This document shows, piece after piece, positions 9,928 to 19,300 of a stretch of DNA of 64,000 nucleotides; the stretch's first letter is position 1; every line of letters begins with the position of its first letter. The notes beneath the pieces were generated by a model. It had not been told where the DNA came from. It made no database searches and saw only the letters and a program-made list of their open reading frames with translations. The position numbers and the translations under genes were made by a program. The stretch is from Cenarchaeum sp. (GTDB lineage Archaea > Thermoproteota > Nitrososphaeria > Nitrososphaerales > Nitrosopumilaceae): positions 768,001 through 832,000 of the forward strand of contig CBDESU010000002.1 in assembly GCA_965242695.1 (NCBI GenBank). The letters are read 5' to 3'.

Positions 9928-11853
9928 CTACGTGTTCCCGAGCAGGGCGTCCAGCTTTTCCGCCTCGGCCCCAATGGCATCGACTATGTCGGGACGGGAC
10001 TTCTTGGTGTCCTTCCAGTGCTCTAGGGCCTCTTTCATCCGGCCCATCTCCACGTTTGCGGCGATCCGCGCCATATGCGCGTTCGTATTGCCCGGATCCA
10101 GCGCGATCGCCCCCTCGCAACAGGCCAGCGCCTCCTCCGGACGCCCGGCGCCCGCCAGCGCGCTGGCCTCTATGCCCAGCGCCGCGGCGTCGCTCGGCGA
10201 CGCCTTGGCCACCCTGTCGATGCACTCGATGCACTCCTTGTGCCTGCCCAGGATGCAGAGCATCTCGGCCCTTGTCGCCAGGATGCCGGGGTTGTCCGGC
10301 TCGATCTTGGCGGCCCTGTCGGCCCATGCAAGGGCCCTTTTGTGCCTGCCCTGCCTGCCGAGGATAATGGCCTTTAGATCGCACGCCTGCGCCGGCCTTG
10401 CGCCGGCCCTTATGGCCCTGCTGCAGCACCTCAGGGCCTCTTCCGTCCTGCCCCCCTTGAACAGGATTATCGCCTTGGACTGGTAGGCCGGCCAGTGCCT
10501 TGGGTCGTCCCGAATTGCCCTGTCGAGCCAGGCGAGCGCCTTCCGCCGGCGGCCGAGCTTGCGCATTGCGTCGGCCCCGACAGAGCGCGCGCGGGCGTCG
10601 CCTAGATTTGCCTTGAGCACCCTGCGCACCTCGGCGAGCGCCTCCGCGGGGCGGCCGAGCATCCCCAGCGAGTCGGCCATCCCGATGCGCGACTCCGCCC
10701 TGCCGGGATCGGCCTTGGTGGCCCTGCGGTACGACTCGACTGCCTCCTCGTCCCGCCCCGCCTCTGCAAGCACGGTCCCCAGGGAATGGTGCGCCGCCGC
10801 AAGGCCGGGATTGCGGTCCGCCACCGCCCTGCACAGCTCGACCGCCTCTTCGCGCCGGCCAAGATCCGACAGCGCGTACGCCCTGCCCAGCTGCTCACCC
10901 ACCCCGCCAGGGCCGGCCCTTTCGAAGGCGCCAAGGGCCTCGGCCGGGCGGCCCATCTTCAGGAGCAGATGGGCCCTCGCGTGGGCGGCCCCGTCCATTC
11001 CGGGGTCCAGCTCAAGCGTCCTGTCGATGCCGCCCAGCGCCTCTTCGAGGCGGCCGAGCTCCGTGAGCGGCCCGACCGTTGCATAGTGCGCATAGGCCTT
11101 GCGCGGCGCCTCCCTTGCGACCTTCTCGGCCTCTTCGAGCGCCTCTGCATGGCGCCCCATCCTGTGCAGCGAGTCGGATCTGCACGCGCGCGCGTACGCG
11201 CCGGCATCCCCCTCTGCGATCCCCTCGTCGTACGCCCCGACGGCCTCTTCGTGGCGGCCGAGGGCCCGCAGCGAGGCGGCCTTTATGGCGTGCAGCGAGT
11301 CGCCGCCCCCGTCTACCAGGCCCGTGCCGCACTCTTTGATCCCCTCCTCGCAGCATGCAACGGCCTCTTCGTGCATCTGCATGGCCAGAAGGCGGCCGGC
11401 CTTTTCGGCCCGGAACCGCGTGCCCTTTGGGTTCCGTTCGATCCCCTCCTCGCAGCACCTCATGACCTCCTTGAACGAGGCGCGGCATCTGACCAGGGCC
11501 CTTACCAGGACCCCGCGGGCGTCCTCGTTGCCGGGATCCATCTCGAGGGCCCTCCTGCCGCACCTCGCGGATTCTTCGTAGCTCTGCCCCCGGTAGTAGG
11601 CGTTGGCGCAGAGCGCGAGCGTGTCCGCATCGGCGGGGTCGAGGCTGGCTGCCGTGCGTACCGCCTCGGCGGCCTCTTCGGGCCGGCCCGCGGCATGCAG
11701 CGCGATCGACCTTGCGGCATGCGCGAGGGCGAGGTTCGGGTTCGACTCGATGGCCGCATCGCAGCCGGCCAGTAGGCTCTCGCGGGTCGACTTTCGAACC
11801 AGCCGCTTGATCTTTTCGGCCGCCTCTTCGCACCCGCCGCCCTTCCCGCCCAT
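9928..11853 (-). CDS. Tetratricopeptide repeat protein (paralogue 1)
   Basis: TPR units; start MGGKGG at 11853. Confidence 0.9.
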   Translation of the reverse strand: MGGKGGGCEEAAEKIKRLVRKSTRESLLAGCDAAIESNPNLALAHAARSIALHAAGRPEEAAEAVRTAASLDPADADTLALCANAYYRGQSYEESARCGRRALEMDPGNEDARGVLVRALVRCRASFKEVMRCCEEGIERNPKGTRFRAEKAGRLLAMQMHEEAVACCEEGIKECGTGLVDGGGDSLHAIKAASLRALGRHEEAVGAYDEGIAEGDAGAYARACRSDSLHRMGRHAEALEEAEKVAREAPRKAYAHYATVGPLTELGRLEEALGGIDRTLELDPGMDGAAHARAHLLLKMGRPAEALGAFERAGPGGVGEQLGRAYALSDLGRREEAVELCRAVADRNPGLAAAHHSLGTVLAEAGRDEEAVESYRRATKADPGRAESRIGMADSLGMLGRPAEALAEVRRVLKANLGDARARSVGADAMRKLGRRRKALAWLDRAIRDDPRHWPAYQSKAIILFKGGRTEEALRCCSRAIRAGARPAQACDLKAIILGRQGRHKRALAWADRAAKIEPDNPGILATRAEMLCILGRHKECIECIDRVAKASPSDAAALGIEASALAGAGRPEEALACCEGAIALDPGNTNAHMARIAANVEMGRMKEALEHWKDTKKSRPDIVDAIGAEAEKLDALLGNT

Positions 11854-11868
11854 GGGATTGGCGCCCCC

Positions 11869-11915
11869 GCGGGCCGGTATAACGATACCGCCGCGCCCCG
11901 GCAATGGTTATACCG
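11869..11915. promoter_or_regulatory. Divergent promoter pair (TPR gene / UDG)
   Basis: gcgggccggtataacgataccg at 11869-11890 and oppositely oriented atggttataccg starting 11904. Confidence 0.65.
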
Positions 11916-11936
11916 CCGCCCCGGCGCCCCCGCCCG

Positions 11937-12620
11937 ATGGGAAAAAGGGCCCCCGCGCAGGACGCCCTTGGCGAGCTCAACGCCAGGATCGTCGCGTGCA
12001 AGAAGTGCCCCCGCCTGTCGGCGTACATACGGGAGGTGGCGCGCACAAAAGTCAGGCGCCACGCGTCCGAAGAGTACTGGGGCCGGCCGTTGCCCGGGTT
12101 CGGCGACCCGCGAGCCGCACTCCTCGTGGTCGGCCTCGCACCCGCCGCGCACGGCGGCAACCGGACGGGCCGCATGTTCACCGGCGACAGCTCGGGCGAC
12201 TGGCTGGCTAGGGCCATGCACGCGCACGGCTTTGCATCGCAGCCGGCGAGCGAGTCTGCCGGCGACGGCCTCGTCCTGCGCGGCGCGTACGTTACGGCCG
12301 CCGTCAGGTGCGCCCCGCCGGGCAACAAGCCCCTGCGCGGCGAGTTCGACAGGTGCCACCCCTACCTAGAGGAGGAGCTTGCCGCCCTGTCCCGCGTGCG
12401 CGTCATACTCTGCCTCGGCCGCATCGCGCACGCCTCCGTATGCCGCCTGCTCGGCGTCCGGCCGTCGGCCGAGCCGTTCGCGCACGGCCGCGCGTTCCGG
12501 GCCGGCAGGTACGACGTCGTCTGCTCGTACCACCCGAGCCGCCAGAACACGCAGACCGGGCGCCTCTCGCGCGAACAGTTCGAGTCCGTATTCGCGCTTG
12601 CCCGGCGGCTCGCGTCATGA
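11937..12620 (+). CDS. Uracil-DNA glycosylase, family 5 (UDGb-like), Fe-S type
   Basis: CxxCPRL, GLAPAAHGGNRTGRMFTGD, CAPPGNKP, YHPSRQN motifs. Confidence 0.92.
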   Translation: MGKRAPAQDALGELNARIVACKKCPRLSAYIREVARTKVRRHASEEYWGRPLPGFGDPRAALLVVGLAPAAHGGNRTGRMFTGDSSGDWLARAMHAHGFASQPASESAGDGLVLRGAYVTAAVRCAPPGNKPLRGEFDRCHPYLEEELAALSRVRVILCLGRIAHASVCRLLGVRPSAEPFAHGRAFRAGRYDVVCSYHPSRQNTQTGRLSREQFESVFALARRLAS

Positions 12621-14185
12621 TCCGTACACTGCGGCGCGCCGCGCCCCTGCGCGCGCTTGCCCGGCGCTCCGCGCCGCCCGGCGCCCACCGCGCCGTACTG
12701 GCCGCCACACTCTTGCTCTCGGCGTACGTCCACCTGTGGAACCCCGTCGGGTTCCCCGACATCTTCTTCGACGAAGGCGTGTACATGCGCCGCGCGATGC
12801 ACCTTGCCGAGACGGGAGACCCGCAAGAGTCGCACCTGTACGACCACCCATACTTTGGGCAGATCGTCCTTGCCGGGTTCCTAAAGGCCGCCGGCTTTCC
12901 CGAGTCGGCCGCCGCATCGCCCGATGCGCCGTACCTGGCGCCGCGCATACTCATGGGGCTCCTTGCCGTCCTGGACACGTACCTGGTCCACCGCATAGTC
13001 GGCGCAAGGTTTGGCCGCCGCGCCGCCATACTCGCCGCCGTCCTGTTCGCGGCCATGCCGATGACCTGGATGCTGCGGCGCATCGTGCTTGACGGCCTGG
13101 CACTGCCCCTAGTGCTGTCCTCGATCCTGCTTGCGCTCCACTCGGGAGGCGGCTCTGCGCGCCGCGGCGGCGCGCTCGTGCTGTGCTCGGCCGCCCTGCT
13201 CGGCCTTGCCGCCTTTACGAAACTGACGGCGGTCTCGATGGTCCCCGTCGTCGCGTACATTGTCGTGTCGGCGCGAGGCTGGCGCGCGCTGCCCATGTGG
13301 CTCGCGCTGGCGGCCGCCGTGCCGGCCATGTGGCCTGCCGCCGCGCTGCGCGCCGGCGAGGCCCGCCTGTGGCTCGACGGCGTCCTCTGGCAGGCCGGCC
13401 GGCAGGCCGGCGCGGCCGGCGAGCTGCTCGCGGCCGCAACGGCGGCCAACTTTGCGGCCGACCCCGTGCTCATGGGGCTCGGGCTTGCGGGCGCCGCGTA
13501 CGCGGCGGCGCGCAGGCGCCTGTTCCTTGTCCTCTGGATCGGCCCGTTCGTGCCGCTTGCCGCGGCGACCTACTTTCAGTACTTTCACTACATACTGGTG
13601 CTGCCGGCCATGTGCGCCTCGGCTGCGTTCATGATCGACGACATCGTCTCTCGCCGCATCGCGCGCCCGCGCGCGCAGAGGGCCGCGGTAGCCGTCGCGG
13701 CCGCCGCCCTTGCCGCCGCCGGCATGGCGTGGTCGGGCGCGCTCGTCTCCGAGGACGCCTCGTCGGCGCAGCTCGCCGCCGTCTCGCACCTGGCCTCGGG
13801 CCCGTACAACAACATGACCGTGCTCGCGCCGCCTGCCTATTCCTGGGTGCTGTCCGACGTGCACGGCATGCCGCATGTGGCGCCCGACTACTCGCACGTC
13901 CTGTTCTATCCGGTCGAGACGGACCGGTACGTCCTGGTGTACGACTCGCACCTTTTGCACGACCTGGGCCGCGGCGAGCGCCTGGCCGATGCGTACGCCC
14001 GCTCCGAGCCTGTCTGGGAGGCCGGCTCGCATCTGGACTGCGGCCCCGGCGGCGCCGTTGCCGTGGCCGCCGCGGGGCTCGTCTGGAGCCCGTGCGCCGG
14101 CGCAATGCACCTTGCCGCCCCCGAGGGCGCGCTCGTGCAGGTGCGCATCGGGCACGCGGGGCCGCTTGCCGAGCCGCCCGCCTAG
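12617..14185 (+). CDS. GT-C membrane glycosyltransferase (ArnT/PMT family 39-like)
   Basis: FFDEGVY and YDHPYFG motifs, many TM helices; ATGA overlap with the UDG stop. Confidence 0.85.
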   Translation: MIRTLRRAAPLRALARRSAPPGAHRAVLAATLLLSAYVHLWNPVGFPDIFFDEGVYMRRAMHLAETGDPQESHLYDHPYFGQIVLAGFLKAAGFPESAAASPDAPYLAPRILMGLLAVLDTYLVHRIVGARFGRRAAILAAVLFAAMPMTWMLRRIVLDGLALPLVLSSILLALHSGGGSARRGGALVLCSAALLGLAAFTKLTAVSMVPVVAYIVVSARGWRALPMWLALAAAVPAMWPAAALRAGEARLWLDGVLWQAGRQAGAAGELLAAATAANFAADPVLMGLGLAGAAYAAARRRLFLVLWIGPFVPLAAATYFQYFHYILVLPAMCASAAFMIDDIVSRRIARPRAQRAAVAVAAAALAAAGMAWSGALVSEDASSAQLAAVSHLASGPYNNMTVLAPPAYSWVLSDVHGMPHVAPDYSHVLFYPVETDRYVLVYDSHLLHDLGRGERLADAYARSEPVWEAGSHLDCGPGGAVAVAAAGLVWSPCAGAMHLAAPEGALVQVRIGHAGPLAEPPA

Positions 14186-14964
14186 CCGCCTTTGGCTGCG
14201 GCCGCCCCTTGCTTTGCCGCCTCGGCCGCCGCTTCGTTCTCGAGCTCGTCCCTCATGTCGCCGGCCCACTCCCTCGGGTACTTTCCCCACTCGTCCCTGT
14301 TCCTGCCCAGGTCGGCCGGCGGCCCGGCCGCCAGGCACCTGTCGATCATTTCGACCAGCCTCTCCCTGTCGCCCCGCGTCCGGCACGCATTCTCGAGCGC
14401 CGCCCAGTACTCGTCGAGCCACAGGCCGTCCGTGTCCTCTAGCATCCTGTCGACGAGGTACTGCACTATGCGCATGCGCGCCCCCGAGTCGCCCGCCTTT
14501 TCCGCGCACCCGCCGACGGCCAGTATGCAGCGGCTGGCCTTGTCGCGGAACCTGCCGGCCACGCTGAATATGCGCGGGAGGTACTCGATTATGGCCTCTG
14601 CAGTCTGCCCGTACATGAGCGCGGCCTCTTCGTACTCGCCCGCCCTTTCGCGCGCCTTTGCGTCCCGAGTGATGCCGGCGAGGCTGACGTACGGGGTGCG
14701 GTGCGATATGAAGCCGCCGCCCGATCCCCCGTCGAGCACCTCGAAGACCGCCGCCCGGTAGTCCGCCCCGCGCGTGTCGGACAGTATCTTGCGCACGCGC
14801 GCCTCGAACCGGCCCAGCAGGGCGCCGTTCCCGCGCAGCTCGGCGGCCAAAAACTCCCTGACGTCGGCGACGGGCACCGCACTGACGGCCCTCCTGGCCT
14901 CGGCCACGGTGGGCATGCGTGGCCTTCGCGCCGCGCCCTTTGCCGCGCGGAGGGCGGTAGCCAT
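14182..14964 (-). CDS. All-helical hypothetical protein (paralogue 3 of 3), similar to the region following archaeal SWIM fingers
   Basis: Shared blocks RGADY, EAA.(M/I)YGQ.A.AII, CILA.GGCAEKA among three tandem ORFs. Confidence 0.75.
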   Translation of the reverse strand: MATALRAAKGAARRPRMPTVAEARRAVSAVPVADVREFLAAELRGNGALLGRFEARVRKILSDTRGADYRAAVFEVLDGGSGGGFISHRTPYVSLAGITRDAKARERAGEYEEAALMYGQTAEAIIEYLPRIFSVAGRFRDKASRCILAVGGCAEKAGDSGARMRIVQYLVDRMLEDTDGLWLDEYWAALENACRTRGDRERLVEMIDRCLAAGPPADLGRNRDEWGKYPREWAGDMRDELENEAAAEAAKQGAAAAKGG

Positions 14965-15018
14965 GCGCGCCCCGCCGCGCAGTGCGATAAAAGGGCGCCG
15001 CGCCCGCCTTCCCTCGGG

Positions 15019-15759
15019 CTAGCCGGCGTCGCTTTCGCCCTGCCGGCTCCCCTTGCCCTCGCCGTACTCTTTGAGGCGCCTTCCCCACTCGGCCCGCCTG
15101 TCCCTGCCGAGTACGCCCGGCGGCCCCCCGGACAGGACCTCTTCGATGACGCCGCGCAGCCTCTTTTTGTCGCCCGGCTTTTGTGGAACCTTGCCGAGCG
15201 CCTCCTCGTACTCGATATCGCACGCGCCCTTGTAGTCGCGGGCGTACCCCTCGGCCAGGTGCCTTGCTATGCGCATGCGCACGCCCGCCTCGGCCGCCTT
15301 TTCCGCGCAACCTCCCATTGCCAGTATGCACGCGCCGGCCTGCTCGCGAAGCTCGTCCGGCACGACGAACACGTTTGGAAGCCAGTCGATTATGGCGGAG
15401 GCTATCTGCCCGTATATGCGCGCCGCCTCGGCGTAGTCGCCGACCCCCTCGCGCACCCTTGCGTCTTTTGTGACTTTGGTGAAGGCGATGAACGGCCTGC
15501 TGTCCGATATGCGGCCGCTGTTCAGGCCCCTTCCGATCAGCCTCTCGACCTTTGCATAGTGGTCGGCCCCGCGCGACTTGGCCAGGAACCGGCCCGCGAG
15601 CTCCTCGAACCGCCCCATCATCTCCTCGTCCCTGCGGAGCTCGGACGCCAGGAACCTCTTGACGTCGGCGTCGGGGACTGCCTTGATCACCTTCCCGATC
15701 TCGGCTACGGTGGGGCCCTTCCGCTTCTTGGGAGCGCTCCTTGGCGCCGCTCGGGCCAT
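15019..15759 (-). CDS. All-helical hypothetical protein (paralogue 2 of 3)
   Basis: Paralogy to flanking ORFs; TTTTAT box at ~15782-15787. Confidence 0.75.
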   Translation of the reverse strand: MARAAPRSAPKKRKGPTVAEIGKVIKAVPDADVKRFLASELRRDEEMMGRFEELAGRFLAKSRGADHYAKVERLIGRGLNSGRISDSRPFIAFTKVTKDARVREGVGDYAEAARIYGQIASAIIDWLPNVFVVPDELREQAGACILAMGGCAEKAAEAGVRMRIARHLAEGYARDYKGACDIEYEEALGKVPQKPGDKKRLRGVIEEVLSGGPPGVLGRDRRAEWGRRLKEYGEGKGSRQGESDAG

Positions 15760-15823
15760 GCGGGCCGGGCCGAGGGGCACGATAAAAGGATGCCGCGCCC
15801 GCCGTTCCCCGCCGGCCGCGCCG

Positions 15824-16549
15824 CTAGTCCCCCATGTCGTCGCCGTACTCTTTGAGGTATTTTCCCCACCCGTCCAGCTCGTACTTGTCCAGGCCGGCAG
15901 GGGGCCCCGCCGCCAGCACCTTTTCGATTACCTTGCGCAGCCTCTCCTTGTCGCCCTGCTTTTGGACCACCTTGTCAAGCGCATCCTCGTACTCGTCCGT
16001 CCACATGCCGCCGTAGTCGCGGACGTACCCGGCCGCCAGGTACCTTGCTATGCGCATGCGCACCCCCGTGTCGCCCGCCTTTTCCGCGCACCCTCCCATT
16101 GCCAGTATGCACCGGCTGGCCTGGTTGCGGAAGCGCTCGGTCACGCTGAATATGTGCGGAAGGTGGTCGATTATGGCATCCGCTATCTGCCCGTATATGC
16201 GCGCCGCCTCGGCGTAGTCGCCGATCTTTTCGCGCGCCTTTGCGTCCTTTGTGACGCTGACGAGGCTGATGTACGGGGTATGGTGCGATATGAGGCCCCT
16301 GTCCGAGCCCTTTTCGAGCAGCCTCTCGACCTTTGCATAGTAGTCGGCCCCGCGCGAGTCGGACAGGGACCGGCCCGCTAGCGCCCCGAACCGCCCCAGC
16401 ATGTCCCCGTCCCTGCGAAGCTCGGCGGCCAGGAACTTTTTGATGTCGGCCTCGGATACGACGTTGATCATCTTCCTGATCTCGGCCGCGGCGGGCTGCC
16501 GCTGCCCCTGTTGCCGCTTGCCCGCACTCTTTGGCGCCGCTCGGGCCAT
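15824..16549 (-). CDS. All-helical hypothetical protein (paralogue 1 of 3)
   Basis: Paralogy; TTTATA box ~16573-16579. Confidence 0.75.
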   Translation of the reverse strand: MARAAPKSAGKRQQGQRQPAAAEIRKMINVVSEADIKKFLAAELRRDGDMLGRFGALAGRSLSDSRGADYYAKVERLLEKGSDRGLISHHTPYISLVSVTKDAKAREKIGDYAEAARIYGQIADAIIDHLPHIFSVTERFRNQASRCILAMGGCAEKAGDTGVRMRIARYLAAGYVRDYGGMWTDEYEDALDKVVQKQGDKERLRKVIEKVLAAGPPAGLDKYELDGWGKYLKEYGDDMGD

Positions 16550-16948
16550 GGGGGGCGGGCCGCGCAGCCCGATATAAAACGGTGCGTCGCCATTGGCGTG
16601 CCTGAGATCGGCACGTTCCGGCTAGATGGGTCGTTACCCTCGCCAACCCCCTTCTTTCCTGTATGAGTCATGGCAGGGTGCATTGTCGCTTGTGTGGAAA
16701 TATAAGGCGAACTTGATCGGCCTGTCGGCAGAGCTCTGTCGTTTACCCTGGCGAATCTCACGTCTGCGTCAACGTCTTCCTAGGTTCACACTTGGCTTCT
16801 GCGCCGCACCGCTCATTTTACGCCCTCGTATTTCTTAGACTAAAAAACTACTCATGCATTCTAACCCACACACTTCAGGCGATTTGCGCGCAACGGAGGA
16901 GAAGGGGTGCAGATATTGTTCTGCATTGCCGTGCTTGTGACTGGCGTG

Positions 16949-17770
16949 TCAGAGATTCCAGTCATTCACAAGCTCGTCAACGTTCTTTTTGCCCAGAAAA
17001 TAGGACCCGTCCTTTAAGGCGAACCGTACTTGGTACCCTGCTTTATTCTTGGTTATGCTTCCATCTTTAATCCTGTTTTTCATTTCTTTGTTAGAAATAG
17101 TGATATATTTGATAACGTTGTTGCGATTACGAAGGACAAAGATATAGTACACATTTGGGCCGCTTGCTCTTTCGAACGCCTCTGGTCTAATTGTAATGAC
17201 GAAAGTTTTACCATCTTTACCTTCAGTCACAGTCTTAACTTGGATTTCGTACACATTCTTGCCCTTGGTGGCTCTTATGTCGATACCGCTATCGATTGTA
17301 ATGCGATCTGCGTTGTAGCCGCGCAGTAGCAGCTCGCTCATCACCCTGAACTCGCCGGCAGCGCCGATCCTCCTCTGATGATCTTTCCCGCCCGACTTGC
17401 CGATCTCTTCGCTGTCTTGGCCCCCGCCTGGCTTGATCGCTCCCATTGTCTGCCCGTCGCGATCATCCGGCGTCTTGTCGGTAGATGGTACGGTGTGCTC
17501 TCCTGCTCCCGTCCCACCGCCTTGGTCGTCGTTGCCCGACAGGGGCGCGTCCACGCCGCTCAGCTTGAACAATCCGGGTCCATCCTTGGCGAACCTTGAG
17601 CGCCCGCGTGCTATGTCGGTGTACAGCATGGCTCCCATGGTCGTCGCTGGAGTATCGCCCTTGGTCGTGATCCTACATGTCTCCGACGCCCTCTCGAGTA
17701 TCTCGGCAGCAGTGAGGGACTTGCCGGCCTCCTGTAGAACTGCATAAGCGGCATCACGATACTTCGACAC
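16949..17770 (-). CDS. HARE-HTH domain + PD-(D/E)XK endonuclease
   Basis: N-term AAYAVLQEAGKSLTAAEIL...GDTPATTMGAMLYTDI...FKL (HARE-HTH); C-term GAAGEFRVMSELLLRG...GIDI...EIQVKT; GTG start 17770 fits the TATA at ~17795. Confidence 0.8.
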   Translation of the reverse strand: MSKYRDAAYAVLQEAGKSLTAAEILERASETCRITTKGDTPATTMGAMLYTDIARGRSRFAKDGPGLFKLSGVDAPLSGNDDQGGGTGAGEHTVPSTDKTPDDRDGQTMGAIKPGGGQDSEEIGKSGGKDHQRRIGAAGEFRVMSELLLRGYNADRITIDSGIDIRATKGKNVYEIQVKTVTEGKDGKTFVITIRPEAFERASGPNVYYIFVLRNRNNVIKYITISNKEMKNRIKDGSITKNKAGYQVRFALKDGSYFLGKKNVDELVNDWNL

Positions 17771-17888
17771 GACGAGCGGGCGCCCGCGGTCTGCTATATG
17801 CATTGCCTCGTCCTCGACCCCGCGCGCCGCCGACCTTCCCTCCCAGTGTGGGAGGGGCACGTGCAGGGGTGCACGGATGGTCCTCGAC

Positions 17889-17995
17889 CCCGCTCCCCCC
17901 TCGACCCCGCCGCGACCGATCGCCCTGCTCACCAGCGTCAGCGTCATGTCGTTCGCCTCCCGCTCCCCCCTCGACCCCGCCGCGACCGATCGCCC
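17889..17995 (+). repeat. Two exact 37-bp direct repeats, 70-bp period
   Basis: cccgctcccccctcgaccccgccgcgaccgatcgccc at 17889-17925 and 17959-17995. Confidence 0.85.
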
Positions 17996-18035
17996 GCCCG
18001 CAACGCTTAATAGCGCGCCGCCTAGGCCGCGCCGC

Positions 18036-19214
18036 ATGGCATACGGCGGCAGCGGCGCCCCCCGCGGCCCCGCCCAGGTCTCCATACTAGTGCCGACCTA
18101 CAACGAGTCGCAGAACATCGTCGGGCTGCTCCGGTCGGTCGCCGAGCACCTCCCAAAGAACCTCCGCGTCGAGACGATCGTCATAGACGACAACTCGCCC
18201 GACGGGACGGGCCGCATCGTAGAGGACTACATCCGCAACGTCCAGCGGGCCGCCAACCACGCCATCGGCATAGTCCACCGCAGGGCCCGCGAGGGCCTCG
18301 GCTCGGCCATACTAAAGGGCCTGCAGCACTCGACGGGCAGCTCTATCGTCGTCCTAGACAGCGACTTTTCCCACCCGCCGAGCCTCATACCAAAGCTCAT
18401 CGAGGCCATCCGGCGCCCCCACTGCGACATAGCCGTCGCCTCGAGGTACGTAGAGGGCGGGGCCGTAAAGGGCTGGCCGCTGCGCCGCAAGTTGCTAAGC
18501 CGCGTGGCCACCCGCATAGCAAAGACCGGCCTGGGCGTAGAGCAGGACGACCCGATGTCCGGATTCTTTGCCTTCAAGAAGAGCGTCGTGGCCGGCCTAA
18601 AGCTCGACGGCCTCGGCTACAAGATGCTCCTCGAGATACTCGTAAAGGCGCGCGGCGCGAGCGTCCTCGAGATACCCTACACGTTCACGGACAGGCGCGC
18701 CGGCAGCAGCAAGCTCGGCGCCGGGACGGTCCTGGACTACGGCCGCTCCGTGTGGAGGCTGTACCGGTACGGCAAGAGGGAGAAGAGGGCCCCCGAGGAG
18801 CACCGCTCCGTCCGGTTCGTCTCGAAGGCGGCGCGGTTCTACACGGTCGGCGCGCTCGGGCTGCTCGTAAACTACGCCCTCTCGCTGCTGTTCGCCGGCG
18901 CGCTCGAGCAGGTGTGGTACCTGCACGCCAACCTAGTCGGCATTGCGGCCTCGATGACGTCGAACTTTGCGCTCAACAAGTACTGGACGTTCGAGGACCG
19001 CGACTTTTCGCTGCGCCACACCGCATCGCAGTACGGCAAGTTCGTCCTGTTCAGCTCGGCAGGCGCGCTCGTCCAGCTCGGCATGGTGTACGGCTTGGTC
19101 GAGGCGTACTCGGTGCCGTACCCGGCCGCGCTCGTCCTCGCCGTCATGACGGCCGCGTTTGGCAACTTTGTGCTAAACAAAAGGTGGACGTTCCGCGAGA
19201 GGCTGTGGTCCTGA
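18036..19214 (+). CDS. Polyprenol-phosphate mannosyltransferase (GT2, DPM1-like) fused to GtrA flippase-like domain
   Basis: VPTYNE, IDDNSPDGT, LDSDFSHPP, DPMSGFF; C-terminal 4-TM GtrA (NFALNKYWTF, NFVLNKRWTF). Confidence 0.9.
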   Translation: MAYGGSGAPRGPAQVSILVPTYNESQNIVGLLRSVAEHLPKNLRVETIVIDDNSPDGTGRIVEDYIRNVQRAANHAIGIVHRRAREGLGSAILKGLQHSTGSSIVVLDSDFSHPPSLIPKLIEAIRRPHCDIAVASRYVEGGAVKGWPLRRKLLSRVATRIAKTGLGVEQDDPMSGFFAFKKSVVAGLKLDGLGYKMLLEILVKARGASVLEIPYTFTDRRAGSSKLGAGTVLDYGRSVWRLYRYGKREKRAPEEHRSVRFVSKAARFYTVGALGLLVNYALSLLFAGALEQVWYLHANLVGIAASMTSNFALNKYWTFEDRDFSLRHTASQYGKFVLFSSAGALVQLGMVYGLVEAYSVPYPAALVLAVMTAAFGNFVLNKRWTFRERLWS

Positions 19215-19265
19215 CCGCGGCGGCGCAGGGGAGGGGCCGGGGCCGCGGCTCCCCCACCGCCCGCC

Positions 19266-19280
19266 AAGAAAAACAAAAGA
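19266..19280 (-). terminator. Probable oligo-T terminator of cdvB-like gene
   Basis: T-rich run on the minus strand ~20 nt after the stop in GC-rich context. Confidence 0.4.
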
Positions 19281-19300
19281 GGGCCGCGGCGGCGCCGCGG

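Noticed and set aside
2942-15331. Long Arg/Gly/Pro-rich alternative-frame ORFs (e.g. 2942-4384, 6704-8683, 13109-15331)
   Set aside because: Shadow ORFs of GC-rich genes, overlapping well-supported CDSs, no motifs
16560-16948. Gene in the AT-rich gap downstream of the HARE-HTH nuclease
   Set aside because: Only short ORFs with no recognisable motifs; possibly a remnant
17889-17995. CRISPR array
   Set aside because: Only two full repeats, C-rich low complexity, no GAAA(C/G)-type end, no AT-rich leader, no cas genes in the window
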